This document shows, in pieces, positions 8,076 to 17,990 of a DNA stretch of 49,461 nucleotides (positions are counted from its first letter, which is position 1; each line of letters starts with the position of its first letter). A model generated the notes under the pieces. The model made no database searches, was not told the origin of the DNA, and saw nothing but the letters and a program-made list of their open reading frames with translations. Source of the stretch: Campylobacterales bacterium (GTDB lineage Bacteria; Campylobacterota; Campylobacteria; Campylobacterales; Sulfurimonadaceae); NCBI GenBank assembly GCA_038205935.1, contig JBBRBK010000007.1, positions 1 through 49,461 on the forward strand, written 5' to 3'. The translations under genes and the position numbers were made by a program.

Positions 8076-10325
8076 TTAGTTGCTTGTACTCTTATAGTTA
8101 ATCTCTGAACCGCCAATAGGCTTTAAAGTGATTGTAAGAAAGATATATTTATCATTATAAGAGGATGCAGTATTGTCGGTATTTAGAACCGATCTTACAT
8201 TTTCTACGTAACGAAGTCCAAAATCCCAGCATCTTTTTGTGTAGAGAAAACCTATTTCCGCACTCTTCTTTTTTGCAGCTTCAATATCATAATTAAAACT
8301 TGCAAAGTATTTGTAATGCTCATTATATTTATAAGAAAATCCGCTAGTCACGTATTTTGTAAACCTTGGAACTGTCGAAGTAGCAGCTAAAAATGTGTCT
8401 TTATAAAGATACGAAAGGTTTAATGTAAGATCTTCATTTGTGTAACTCACACTATTTAATGTTTTAGCAATGAGATTTTGATCATAATCATAAAAAGTAT
8501 CGTTGTAATATTTTAAGTTTTTTGTGATCTTGTAATCAAGTTCATTTTCTATCTCACCGAGTTTACTTTGTCCCCCAGTGTAGGAGATTTGCTGTGCGAG
8601 TCTATGATATAAAATTTGTTCTCCCTCTTTATCAAAAAGATATTGAGAAAAATCAAGTGCCGTTGTCTCTGTAACATTATTTATCGTATAGAACTGGCAT
8701 ACATCCGCTGTCGAGTTTGTTTCACATTCGAGTGGAGCTGATTTATAAAAACCATAATTTGAATCTGAACCCGGTCTCGTATAAGTTATACCAAATACTA
8801 CCGTATGAGTAAAATCATCATAGGCTTTTGTAAGATTCGTGTTAATGTTAAAGACATTGTACTGTCTTAAAAACATACCGTCTTTATATGCATTAGGATC
8901 TTGTCCAACTTCTTGTCCACTATAGGCTTGACCATTAAAAGAGATATGTTCTGCAAATAATTGCGACTGATAACTTAAATTAAGATATTCGTCAAATAAA
9001 GAGGTTTGGAGTGTGATTGGAACATTCAGATCACTTCGTACCGCTTTTTTTCCAAGTTCTCTGTAAAGATTGACAGAGGTCAAATCTACGTTATATAAAA
9101 GATGATCTCCAAGTAATGTTGTAAGATAGTTGTGATACTGCAGAGTCGGTAACTTCTCTATCGTTTGTGCATTACTTTCTAGTAAAAGATTTTGATAGTA
9201 CTTAAAGTAGCTTCCAAAATAGTTCTTATCCGTATTGTAAAACATATTCACCTGAGACAGCACTTGGTTGGCTGTAACATTGTTGATAGTATCAGCGGTT
9301 GAGAGGTTGATATAATCGACATCATTCATCCAGCTCATATTTGCATAGATACCTGATTGTCCGCTTAGATCAGCACCAAACCATTGGTTTAGAAAATCAC
9401 TATTTTCATATTTAAAATCAAATCCATAATGTGTTTTATGTGCAAGATTATTATAATTAACATAACTTTTGCTTTCTTGAAAGTATCCTGTCGTAAATGA
9501 GCCATGTGAGACATTTGAATCTGCAAAGCGAAATGTTTCATACGAACCAAAGCCTCTTAAAGTTCTTAGTTGTGGTTTTAGTTCAAGATCCCACCAATTG
9601 CTTACCGCAATATAAATGGGCTGTTGATAGTAAAAACCCTCATCACTAGAAAGCCCAAATACAGGAATCAATAATCCAGAACGTCTCGTTGTATCGAGTG
9701 AATAACCAAAATAAGGAAAATAAAAGATAGGAATATCATAAATATAAAGTCTTGCATTATAAAGGTTCATCCACTTGTCTTCGCCGTTATAATTTGATGA
9801 ACTAAATTTTATCTTCCAAAGCGGTTTGTTTGGATTACATCCAGATACCATACCTGTCGTAATGTCGTAATACTTATCTTTTATATTTCCTTTTTCCGCA
9901 CTCACCCAAAGCTGACTTTTTTGTTCAAGCATATAAAAAGGCTTAAATTCTCGCTCTTTGTCGGCGATATTTAGTCGTGCATAATCACCTAAAAGCTGAT
10001 ATTTATCTCCCTGTGTTGCTCTAACATTGCCAAAAAGTTCTAAAGTACCAGTTTTTTTATCATATACAGCATCTTTCGCACTCAGATAATAATCTTTGTA
10101 TAAAACTACAACATCATCATTTGCATGTACGATCTCATTTTCAGCATTCATATGCGTTGCATATATCTCGACTTTATTTGGATCATTTTCAATGCTAGTA
10201 TTTGTATCAAAAGTTGTCTTGGTAGCGCTATTCGTTATTGCAGTGTCATCATCACATGTTGTATTGGTATCTGCTCCAAGCAGTGTGAGTGAAAAAAAAA
10301 GAAGAAAAAAGAAGATTTTATGCAT
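8076..10325 (-). CDS. lptD: LPS-assembly protein LptD
   Basis: Signal peptide, beta-jellyroll N-domain, RRSGLLIP, KRCW; syntenic purD-RDD-lptD-pnp. Confidence 0.9.
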   Translation of the reverse strand: MHKIFFFLLFFSLTLLGADTNTTCDDDTAITNSATKTTFDTNTSIENDPNKVEIYATHMNAENEIVHANDDVVVLYKDYYLSAKDAVYDKKTGTLELFGNVRATQGDKYQLLGDYARLNIADKEREFKPFYMLEQKSQLWVSAEKGNIKDKYYDITTGMVSGCNPNKPLWKIKFSSSNYNGEDKWMNLYNARLYIYDIPIFYFPYFGYSLDTTRRSGLLIPVFGLSSDEGFYYQQPIYIAVSNWWDLELKPQLRTLRGFGSYETFRFADSNVSHGSFTTGYFQESKSYVNYNNLAHKTHYGFDFKYENSDFLNQWFGADLSGQSGIYANMSWMNDVDYINLSTADTINNVTANQVLSQVNMFYNTDKNYFGSYFKYYQNLLLESNAQTIEKLPTLQYHNYLTTLLGDHLLYNVDLTSVNLYRELGKKAVRSDLNVPITLQTSLFDEYLNLSYQSQLFAEHISFNGQAYSGQEVGQDPNAYKDGMFLRQYNVFNINTNLTKAYDDFTHTVVFGITYTRPGSDSNYGFYKSAPLECETNSTADVCQFYTINNVTETTALDFSQYLFDKEGEQILYHRLAQQISYTGGQSKLGEIENELDYKITKNLKYYNDTFYDYDQNLIAKTLNSVSYTNEDLTLNLSYLYKDTFLAATSTVPRFTKYVTSGFSYKYNEHYKYFASFNYDIEAAKKKSAEIGFLYTKRCWDFGLRYVENVRSVLNTDNTASSYNDKYIFLTITLKPIGGSEINYKSTSN

Positions 10326-10767
10326 TTATGACCAATGTTTTTGCACTAAAATCATGCCAAGTCTGTCTAGTAGGGTTGAGTGCTCCCCATAGGAAACCTA
10401 AATAAAATATTATCTCGCTGAGTATACGAAAAACTGCTCGATTAAATGCGACAAGCGGCCTTGGTTTCTCGAGCGTTGCAACTTCTATAACACGTATTTT
10501 TAGAAGAATTTTTCCAACACTTGCGCCATACATAGAAACAAAAAATGTCTGGTAAATAATTTTTAAAGCCATATATTCTAAAACGTAAGAGTTTGTTAAA
10601 GCAATCATCTCTTCAAATGTCGTTGCCTGAACAAAAGAGTTCCAAATAATTGCAATAAAGATAAAGGAGAGAAGAAGCTCATCAATAAAAAAAGCCCACG
10701 ATCTTCTTGCAATTGTTGCTAACGTAAACTGCTCACGATCTAATATCTTTTCAATCTCTTCATTCAT
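10318..10767 (-). CDS. RDD family membrane protein
   Basis: RRSWAFFID, GASVGK, RQTWHD motifs. Confidence 0.88.
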   Translation of the reverse strand: MNEEIEKILDREQFTLATIARRSWAFFIDELLLSFIFIAIIWNSFVQATTFEEMIALTNSYVLEYMALKIIYQTFFVSMYGASVGKILLKIRVIEVATLEKPRPLVAFNRAVFRILSEIIFYLGFLWGALNPTRQTWHDFSAKTLVINA

Positions 10768-10777
10768 CAAAAACTGC

Positions 10778-12043
10778 CTAGAGTGCTTGGTAAGCTATAT
10801 CTGTACGAAGTTTCTTTCCGACATAATGCACTTGACCACATAGCATGTAAGCTCGATCACGCGCTTGTTTGATAGAATCACCCACTCCCACGCAGACCAA
10901 AACACGTCCGCCTGTCGCATAAAGCGTACCATCTTCTTTAGTCACACCCGCATAAGAGATATGTGTATGATTTAAGATCTCTTCATGAACGATATTATCT
11001 ACAACGATCTCTGCTGGTTTAGAGTCGCCATACGGATAATTTCCGCTTGCCATCACAACACCCACAGCAAACTTATCTTCAAACTCAACATTAAGCTCAT
11101 CAAGTTTTCCAGTCGCCGCTTTATAAAAAAGTTCACGAGCTGGAGTTTTCATTAAAGGCATCAATATTTCACACTCAGGATCGCCAAAACGTACATTAAA
11201 CTCTAAAGTAATAGGTTCGCCATTAACAATCATCAAGCCAATAAAAAGAACGCCCTCAAATGGTGCGCTCTCTTGCTGCATTCCATCAAGTGTCGGACGA
11301 ATAACGCGATCTCTTACTTTTTGGTAAATCACATCATCTACTAAAGGTGTCGGAGCGTATGCGCCCATTCCGCCTGTATTTGGACCTTCGTCATTATCTA
11401 AAAGACGCTTATGATCTTGAGCCGCTGGAAGCAAAATATAGTCTTTTCCATCACAGATAGCAAACATAGAAAGCTCATATCCATCCAAAAACTCTTCGAC
11501 TATGACACTTTTACCCGCATCACCGAAGCTTTTTCCGCTGAGCATCTCTGAAACTGCAACTTTCGCTTCATCGTGAGTCATTGCGATAATAACGCCTTTT
11601 CCACCACAAAGACCATCTGCTTTTACAACAACAGGAACAGGAAGTGTGTCGATAAACTTAAATGCTTTATCAATAGAATCTGTCTCTACATAACGCGCTG
11701 TTGGAATATTGTATTTTGCTAAAAAGTTTTTCATATAAACTTTTGAGCCCTCTAAACGCGCTGCTGCTTTGCTTGGTCCAAAGATGACCAGCCCTTTTGC
11801 TTTAAAGATATCGACTATGCCTTCAGTTAATGGGGCTTCAGGCCCGACAATAGTAAGTTCAATATTGTTTGCCAATGCAAAATCTGCAAGTTCATTATAA
11901 TCTTTGATTGAAAGGTTTTCACCTAGTTGGTCTGTTGCGCCATTTCCTGGAGCAAAATAGAGTTTTTCAACGACAGAATCTTTCTTTAACATACGCCCGA
12001 TCGAAAATTCACGTCCGCCGCTTCCAACAACCAAAATATTCAT
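10778..12043 (-). CDS. purD: Phosphoribosylamine-glycine ligase
   Basis: MNILVVGSGGRE, GPEAPL, KADGL, QDHKR, GPNTGGMG, RFGDPE. Confidence 0.97.
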   Translation of the reverse strand: MNILVVGSGGREFSIGRMLKKDSVVEKLYFAPGNGATDQLGENLSIKDYNELADFALANNIELTIVGPEAPLTEGIVDIFKAKGLVIFGPSKAAARLEGSKVYMKNFLAKYNIPTARYVETDSIDKAFKFIDTLPVPVVVKADGLCGGKGVIIAMTHDEAKVAVSEMLSGKSFGDAGKSVIVEEFLDGYELSMFAICDGKDYILLPAAQDHKRLLDNDEGPNTGGMGAYAPTPLVDDVIYQKVRDRVIRPTLDGMQQESAPFEGVLFIGLMIVNGEPITLEFNVRFGDPECEILMPLMKTPARELFYKAATGKLDELNVEFEDKFAVGVVMASGNYPYGDSKPAEIVVDNIVHEEILNHTHISYAGVTKEDGTLYATGGRVLVCVGVGDSIKQARDRAYMLCGQVHYVGKKLRTDIAYQAL

Positions 12044-12123
12044 ACCAATCCTTAACAACAATATATCTTTAATAATTTACATAAAATATCTAACAAAATA
12101 GTTTATAAAAAGTATCATAAAAG

Positions 12124-12319
12124 GCCCGAGCAGCCGTTGTGCAAATAGCCTCGGTTCTCAAAGCTAAAAAAAATCAGCAAATCAAGAGTCCCATTAGGCG
12201 ACAGTCTCTCGGCAGAGTTAACGTACCTCAAACGAGATCATCGGCACACAAGGACAACTACCAATTCACTAAAAGTAAATGTAGAACCCTCTCATACGCA
12301 CTTAGTCGAACTGCTCAGA
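12124..12319 (-). ncRNA. ssrS: 6S RNA (the Campylobacterota 'purD RNA motif')
   Basis: About 195-nt GC-richer segment upstream of purD; TATAAT at 12325-12330; ends pair (CTGAGCAGT / GGCTGCTCGG); 6S RNA is known to lie upstream of purD in this phylum. Confidence 0.85.
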
Positions 12320-12350
12320 AGGAAATTATACAATTTTATTTCTTACTTAA

Positions 12351-12359
12351 TGCTATAAT
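12351..12359 (+). promoter_or_regulatory. Extended -10 promoter (TGCTATAAT) of a probably leaderless bioF mRNA
   Basis: TATAAT ends 6 nt before ATG 12366; no SD sequence. Confidence 0.65.
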
Positions 12360-12365
12360 CGCGCT

Positions 12366-13460
12366 ATGAATTACTACGCAAATGAGCTTCAAGCACTCAA
12401 AAAATCTTCTCGTCACAGAACTCGTGAAATCGTCGATTATGCACTTCAAGATTTTGCTTCAAACGACTATCTCGGTCTAGCTTCAAAGCAAGAACTTCAC
12501 ACGCTTACATGTAAGCAACTTGCCCTCAACCCAGTTCACGCGCCAAAAGCTTCACTTTTAGTCAATGGCTATCATCAAATACATAAAGATTTTGAATCTG
12601 CTTTATGCGAAGCAAACGGTTTTGAAGATGGCGTTGTTTTAGGAAGTGGATTTAATGCGAACATTGCTCTCATCGAGGCACTTGTGAGAAGAGGCGACAC
12701 CCTTTTTATGGATGAAAAGTTTCATGCTTCAGGTGTCCTAGCAAGCAATCAAGAAAGCTTACATGTAGAGTTTTTTAAGCATAACGATACAGATCAACTT
12801 AGAGAACTTTTAGTTAATTCTAAAGCCAAGAGAAAGATTGTCGCCGTCGAGGGAATTTACTCGATGGACGGTGATTTGATGGATAAAGAGATCTTTGCTA
12901 TCTGTGACAAAGAAGATGCTATTCTCATCGTCGATGAAGCCCACAGTAGTGGAGTTGTCGGTGAAAATCTTATGGGTGTTTATGATCTTTTTGATATAGA
13001 AATAAAACCAAACCACATAAAAATGGGTACACTCGGAAAAGCATATGGCAGTTTTGGAGCCTTTATTTTAGGATCTTCTCACATTATAGAGTATCTCCTA
13101 AACCGCGCAAAACCCATTATTTATGCAACTTCCCTCTCTTTATATGATACCCTGCTCGCGCACAACTCTTTAAAATATATCTTAAAAAATAAAGAAACCC
13201 TCAAAAAAGAGATTACGTTGCGCCAAAAACTAGCAAAAGAACTTTTACATGTAAGCACTCCTTCGCTTATCATTCCCCTCATTTTAGGCGATAATAAAAA
13301 AGTCTTACATGTAAGGGATGAACTCCGTAAAGATGGGTATGTCATCGGTGCCATCAGACAACCAACCGTAGAAAAAGCGATACTCCGTATCATCGCTCGC
13401 ATTGATGAAGATGCCGCAAGCTTTGAAATTCTCTGCAAAAAAGTAAAAGAGTTCCTTTAA
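12366..13460 (+). CDS. bioF: 8-amino-7-oxononanoate synthase (class II PLP enzyme)
   Basis: FASNDYLG, EGIYSMDGD, VDEAH, TLGKA, IRQPTV. Confidence 0.88.
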   Translation: MNYYANELQALKKSSRHRTREIVDYALQDFASNDYLGLASKQELHTLTCKQLALNPVHAPKASLLVNGYHQIHKDFESALCEANGFEDGVVLGSGFNANIALIEALVRRGDTLFMDEKFHASGVLASNQESLHVEFFKHNDTDQLRELLVNSKAKRKIVAVEGIYSMDGDLMDKEIFAICDKEDAILIVDEAHSSGVVGENLMGVYDLFDIEIKPNHIKMGTLGKAYGSFGAFILGSSHIIEYLLNRAKPIIYATSLSLYDTLLAHNSLKYILKNKETLKKEITLRQKLAKELLHVSTPSLIIPLILGDNKKVLHVRDELRKDGYVIGAIRQPTVEKAILRIIARIDEDAASFEILCKKVKEFL

Positions 13461-14149
13461 TGCAAGTGTCTAAGCTTCATATCACTCTTAACGATAAAAC
13501 TTTAGTCGATATCAGCTTTGACATCAATACCTCTCTCGCACTTGTTGGACAAAGTGGAAGCGGAAAAAGTCTCACCATTAAAGCGCTTTTAAATATGCTT
13601 CCCTCTCAGATGCAGCTTACCTTACATGTAAAGAGTGATTTTGAACTTATCGCTGGAAAAACGATAGGTTTTGTTCCTCAAAACCCTTTTACAGCCCTTT
13701 CTCCACTCACGAAGATAAAAAATCAAATATTTCTTCCTCGTGCCCAAATAGATGAACTTTTTGAGCAAGTCAATCTAGATCTCACTCTTTTAGAACGGTA
13801 CCCTCCAGAACTTTCAGGCGGACAATTACAACGTGTTATCATCGCTATTGCTCTGAGTTCTCGTCCAAAACTTTTACTTCTTGATGAGCCTACAACAGCA
13901 CTTGACGCCCAAACTCGAAAAAATATCATAAATCTTGTGCAAAATTTACAAAAAAAATTAGGCTATAAACTTCTTTTTGTAACCCATGATATAGCCTCTG
14001 CAAAGCTGTTATGCGATGAAATATGTGTTATAAAAAGCGGAAAGGTCATAGAATTTGGTAAAATGGCAGATGTATTACAAGATCCTAAAGAACTTTATAC
14101 AAAAACACTCATAGAAGCAAATTTTGCAAACAGGAATTATCGCCAATGA
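13460..14149 (+). CDS. ABC transporter ATP-binding protein (Dpp/Opp/Nik-like)
   Basis: GQSGSGKS, LSGGQ, LLDEPT, THD. Confidence 0.92.
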   Translation: MQVSKLHITLNDKTLVDISFDINTSLALVGQSGSGKSLTIKALLNMLPSQMQLTLHVKSDFELIAGKTIGFVPQNPFTALSPLTKIKNQIFLPRAQIDELFEQVNLDLTLLERYPPELSGGQLQRVIIAIALSSRPKLLLLDEPTTALDAQTRKNIINLVQNLQKKLGYKLLFVTHDIASAKLLCDEICVIKSGKVIEFGKMADVLQDPKELYTKTLIEANFANRNYRQ

Positions 14150-16092
14150 AAAAATATCTTATTATCGCAGCCGTACTGCTTATCGCTACACCATTTGCGA
14201 TGTTTTGGTACTACTATACTCAGGTCAAATTTGATCTAGATAAACTCATCAACTATACGCCAGCACTTACAACTAAAATCTATGACAAAAATGGCGAAAA
14301 GATTGCCAACATGTTTGATGCTGAAAATCGTTATTATGTGCCATTTAATCAAGTTCCTCCTCGACTTATAGAAGCTCTTCTAGCCATTGAAGATACATCA
14401 TTTTTTGAACATGAAGGTGTGAACTTTGACGCGATTTTCCGTGCTATGCTTAAAGACCTTAGAGCTGGCAAAATGGTCGAGGGTGCGAGTACGCTGACAC
14501 AGCAACTTGTGAAAAACACTTTGTTAACACGCGAAAAAAAGATCTCAAGAAAAATGGTCGAAGTTATCTATGCCATGAAATTAGAGCATGAACTCACAAA
14601 AGAGCAAATCTTAGAGCGCTACTTAAATGAGATCTATCTCGGACATGGTTATTATGGGATCAGAACAGCATCTGAGGGATATTTTCACAAAGATCTTAAA
14701 AACCTGACTCTCAAAGAGATCGCTATTTTAGTTGGACTTCCAAAAGCACCTAGTTTTTACTCTCCGACAAAAAACTATGAGATATCTCTTGGACGCGCAA
14801 ATCGTGTAATAGACAGAATGTTCTCACTCGGCTGGATAGATGAAAAAACGCATGATAATGCAAGTAAAGAACAGCCTCAAGTGTATGACTCAACCCTTAC
14901 TCAAAATCAAGCGCCGTTTGTTGTTGATGAAGCAGTAAGAGAACTTACAAAAGAGATTCCAGATATCAAAACAGGTGGCTATGATATCTATACAAGCATC
15001 GATCTGGGTATGCAAAAAAGTGCAAACTTTGCAATCAAACAAGCCTATAAAGAAGCACTTGCAAGAACAAAATCTCGTGATAGCAACGATAGTAATAACA
15101 CACAACTCAACGGCGCCATGATCAGTATGGATCCATCAACTGGAATGATTCTAGCACTTGTAGGAAGTGTTGATTATGCAAAAAGCTCATTTAATCGTGT
15201 TATTCAAGGCAGACGCCAACCCGGAAGTGCATTTAAGCCTTTTATCTATCAGATAGCTCTTGATCTTGGGTATTCTGGCGCTTCTCAGTTAACCGATCTT
15301 GCTAAAACATTTGCTTATGAAAAAGATGGTGAAGAGGTAACATGGCAGCCTGAGAACTATGAAAAAGATTATCAAGGAGTTGTGAGTCTTCGAGATGCTC
15401 TTGTGCATTCCAAAAACCTTGCGACTATCAATATGGTAACAGATATAGGACTTGGAACAGTTATTCAAAAACTGAAAAACTACGGCATGTCCAACATCCC
15501 GCATGATCTTTCTATGGCTCTTGGATCGATCACACTTTCACCTATTGAGTTAGCACAGTACTACAGTTCTTTTGCAAATCATGGACTACAAGTTCAACCG
15601 TATTTGATTACAAGAGTTGAAAAAGATGGTAAAGTTGTCTACACACACAAAAGTGTTCCGCCAAGACAGATCAGCACTCCTGCGCAGACTTATCTTTTAA
15701 CAACAATTTTACAAGATGTTATCAGACGTGGAACAGGAACTCAAGCAGCAGTTGATGGCATAGAACTCGCTGGAAAAACAGGAACAACCAACAAGAATGC
15801 CGATGCATGGTTTGCAGGATTTTCTCCAACCATAGAAACAATTGTTTGGTTTGGAAATGATGACAATACACCGATGAAAAGATCAGAAACAGGTGGACGT
15901 ACAGCTGCACCTGCTTTTGCAACTTTTTATAGAGGAGTGTTAAAAAGCAATCCTCAAATTCAACGTAGTTTTACAAGACCAGATGGTGTTACAACGGGAG
16001 AGTTTGGAGGAAGAACAGAGTACTTTACGGATATCTCGAAGCCGCCAAAAAGCGATACTGTAGAAAAAACAACCGAACAATTAGTTTTCTAA
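14146..16092 (+). CDS. Penicillin-binding protein 1A family transglycosylase/transpeptidase
   Basis: EDxxFFEHxG, GASTLTQQ, SxxK (SAFK), SxN, KTGT. Confidence 0.95.
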   Translation: MKKYLIIAAVLLIATPFAMFWYYYTQVKFDLDKLINYTPALTTKIYDKNGEKIANMFDAENRYYVPFNQVPPRLIEALLAIEDTSFFEHEGVNFDAIFRAMLKDLRAGKMVEGASTLTQQLVKNTLLTREKKISRKMVEVIYAMKLEHELTKEQILERYLNEIYLGHGYYGIRTASEGYFHKDLKNLTLKEIAILVGLPKAPSFYSPTKNYEISLGRANRVIDRMFSLGWIDEKTHDNASKEQPQVYDSTLTQNQAPFVVDEAVRELTKEIPDIKTGGYDIYTSIDLGMQKSANFAIKQAYKEALARTKSRDSNDSNNTQLNGAMISMDPSTGMILALVGSVDYAKSSFNRVIQGRRQPGSAFKPFIYQIALDLGYSGASQLTDLAKTFAYEKDGEEVTWQPENYEKDYQGVVSLRDALVHSKNLATINMVTDIGLGTVIQKLKNYGMSNIPHDLSMALGSITLSPIELAQYYSSFANHGLQVQPYLITRVEKDGKVVYTHKSVPPRQISTPAQTYLLTTILQDVIRRGTGTQAAVDGIELAGKTGTTNKNADAWFAGFSPTIETIVWFGNDDNTPMKRSETGGRTAAPAFATFYRGVLKSNPQIQRSFTRPDGVTTGEFGGRTEYFTDISKPPKSDTVEKTTEQLVF

Positions 16093-16117
16093 GGAAAGTG
16101 TTCAAACTTTAAAGAGT

Positions 16118-16141
16118 GTAGTTCAGGATTTCCTGAACTAC
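16118..16141. terminator. Intrinsic terminator between convergent PBP1A and leuA
   Basis: GTAGTTCAGG-ATTT-CCTGAACTAC followed by a T-rich tract. Confidence 0.75.
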
Positions 16142-16156
16142 TTTTATTTTTTCTTT

Positions 16157-17824
16157 CTAATTAAAAGTGCGGTTTAGAGCAGAGAAAAGTGCTTTAATCG
16201 AAGCAATGGTAATGTCACTATCCACACCTACTCCAAAAAAAGACTCTAACTCACTATTTTGAATCTCTATGTACGCTACAGCATTTGCAGAACTCTGCTC
16301 ACCACAAGAATGCTCTGAATAAGATTTAATCGTAAAACTGTATTCACAAGCTTTTGAAAGAGCATTTTTACATGCGTCTATCGGCCCATTGCCTTGTCCC
16401 TCTGAGATGATCTCTTTACCACTACATGTATAAGTAAGTTTACACCATACATTTTTATCTTTAGACGTCGGAGAGCTACTTGCAAAATCGATAAGCTCTA
16501 TGCCGCCCTCAGATTCCAAATAGGTTTTTGTAAAGATATCAAGAATCTCAGAGTTATTCAATTCTCTGCCCTCTTTATCTGTTATACCTTGAATGATTCT
16601 ACCAAATTCCGGATGCATCTTTTTAGGTAACTCATAACCAAACTCATGTTCTAAGATATATGCGACTCCACCTTTTCCTGATTGTGAGTTAATACGGATA
16701 ATTCCCTCGTATGAACGCCCAACGTCTTCAGGATCGATTGGAAGATAAGGAACCTCCCAAAGCGCATCATCTTTTAGCTTTTGAAATGCAAGCCCTTTAT
16801 TGATAGCATCTTGATGTGAGCCAGAAAATGCCGTATATACAAGTTCACCAACATAGGGATGACGACAATGTGTTTCTATCTCAGTACATCTTTCAACTAT
16901 ATCAAGCACTTTATCAACGTTAGAAAAATCAAGTTCACTATCCACGCCTTGGGTTGTCATATTTAAAGCTAAAGTGATGATGTCAACATTTCCTGTACGC
17001 TCACCATTACTAAGCAAAGTTCCCTCAACTCTGTCTGCTCCAGCAAGAAGAGCAAGCTCAGTCGCAGCCACGCTAGTTCCACGGTCATTATGAGTATGTG
17101 TTGAGATCAATACGTGTTCACGGTTGTCTAAATGTCTGCTCATCCACTCGATTTGATCTGCGTAAATATTTGGCGTTGCGACTTCAACAGTAGCTGGAAG
17201 GTTTACAACGACTGGTCTCTCTTTACATATTCCCCAGCGAGCCGTTACTGCATTACAAATACGAGCGGCAAAATCCAACTCCGTACCCGTAAAGCTTTCA
17301 GGAGAATACTCTAAACCAATCTCACCATCATGCGACGCTTCATATTTTTTGACAAGATCAACACCTTCAAGAGCAAGAGCGATAATTTCATCTTGGCTTT
17401 TTTTGAAAACGATCTTTCTTTGTGCGACTGAAGTTGAGTTATAAAGATGCACAATCGCTTTTTTTACCCCTTGTAATGACTCAAAAGTTTTCTCAATTAA
17501 ATGCTCTCTTGCTTGAACTAAAACCTGAATCGTAACATCATCGGGAATCAATTTATCATCCACTAAACGGCGCAAGAAGTCAAATTCTACTTTTGAAGCG
17601 GATGGAAAACCAACCTCGATAGTTTTAAATCCGATTTTGAGTAAGAGTGCAAATAGTTCAAGTTTTTTATCCATATTCATTGGTGTGACAAGCGCTTGGT
17701 TTCCGTCGCGAAGGTCAACACTACACCAGATTGGTGCTTTTGTTATGCTGTTTGATGGCCATTTACGATCTGGCAAATCTATTTTTGGATACGGGCGGTA
17801 TTTGCCCTGTGTTATTTGACTCAT
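16157..17824 (-). CDS. leuA: 2-isopropylmalate synthase (yeast/actinobacterial type)
   Basis: WCSVDLRDGNQAL, EYSPESF, HTHND, GERTGN, AFSGSHQDAI, WEVPYLPIDP. Confidence 0.95.
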   Translation of the reverse strand: MSQITQGKYRPYPKIDLPDRKWPSNSITKAPIWCSVDLRDGNQALVTPMNMDKKLELFALLLKIGFKTIEVGFPSASKVEFDFLRRLVDDKLIPDDVTIQVLVQAREHLIEKTFESLQGVKKAIVHLYNSTSVAQRKIVFKKSQDEIIALALEGVDLVKKYEASHDGEIGLEYSPESFTGTELDFAARICNAVTARWGICKERPVVVNLPATVEVATPNIYADQIEWMSRHLDNREHVLISTHTHNDRGTSVAATELALLAGADRVEGTLLSNGERTGNVDIITLALNMTTQGVDSELDFSNVDKVLDIVERCTEIETHCRHPYVGELVYTAFSGSHQDAINKGLAFQKLKDDALWEVPYLPIDPEDVGRSYEGIIRINSQSGKGGVAYILEHEFGYELPKKMHPEFGRIIQGITDKEGRELNNSEILDIFTKTYLESEGGIELIDFASSSPTSKDKNVWCKLTYTCSGKEIISEGQGNGPIDACKNALSKACEYSFTIKSYSEHSCGEQSSANAVAYIEIQNSELESFFGVGVDSDITIASIKALFSALNRTFN

Positions 17825-17956
17825 AAGAATCCTTTTCTTGAATTATTTAGCCGCACTCTTACATACAACTATTGGCGCAATTATATCTAATTTTATAAAT
17901 GAGAAGTTTTAAAGGGGAATGAAAAAAGATTATTTAAGGAAGAAAAAAAGACTAGC

Positions 17957-17983
17957 ATGTAAGCCCAAAAGCTTACATGTAAA
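17957..17983 (-). terminator. Hairpin downstream of glnA built from the iterated palindrome
   Basis: CATGTAAGC-CCAAAA-GCTTACATG with an A-tract to the left (U-tract on the minus strand). Confidence 0.6.
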
Positions 17984-17990
17984 GGCTATA

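Noticed and set aside
10292..10310. A9/A6 homopolymer runs in the lptD signal peptide as a phase-variation switch
   Set aside because: They encode Phe/Leu-rich hydrophobic residues in an AT-rich genome, and lptD is normally essential.
12139..12369. 76-aa ORF on the + strand
   Set aside because: Antisense to the 6S RNA, no SD and no protein-like composition.
17825..17940. Leucine attenuator upstream of leuA
   Set aside because: No Leu-rich leader peptide or terminator/antiterminator pair seen.
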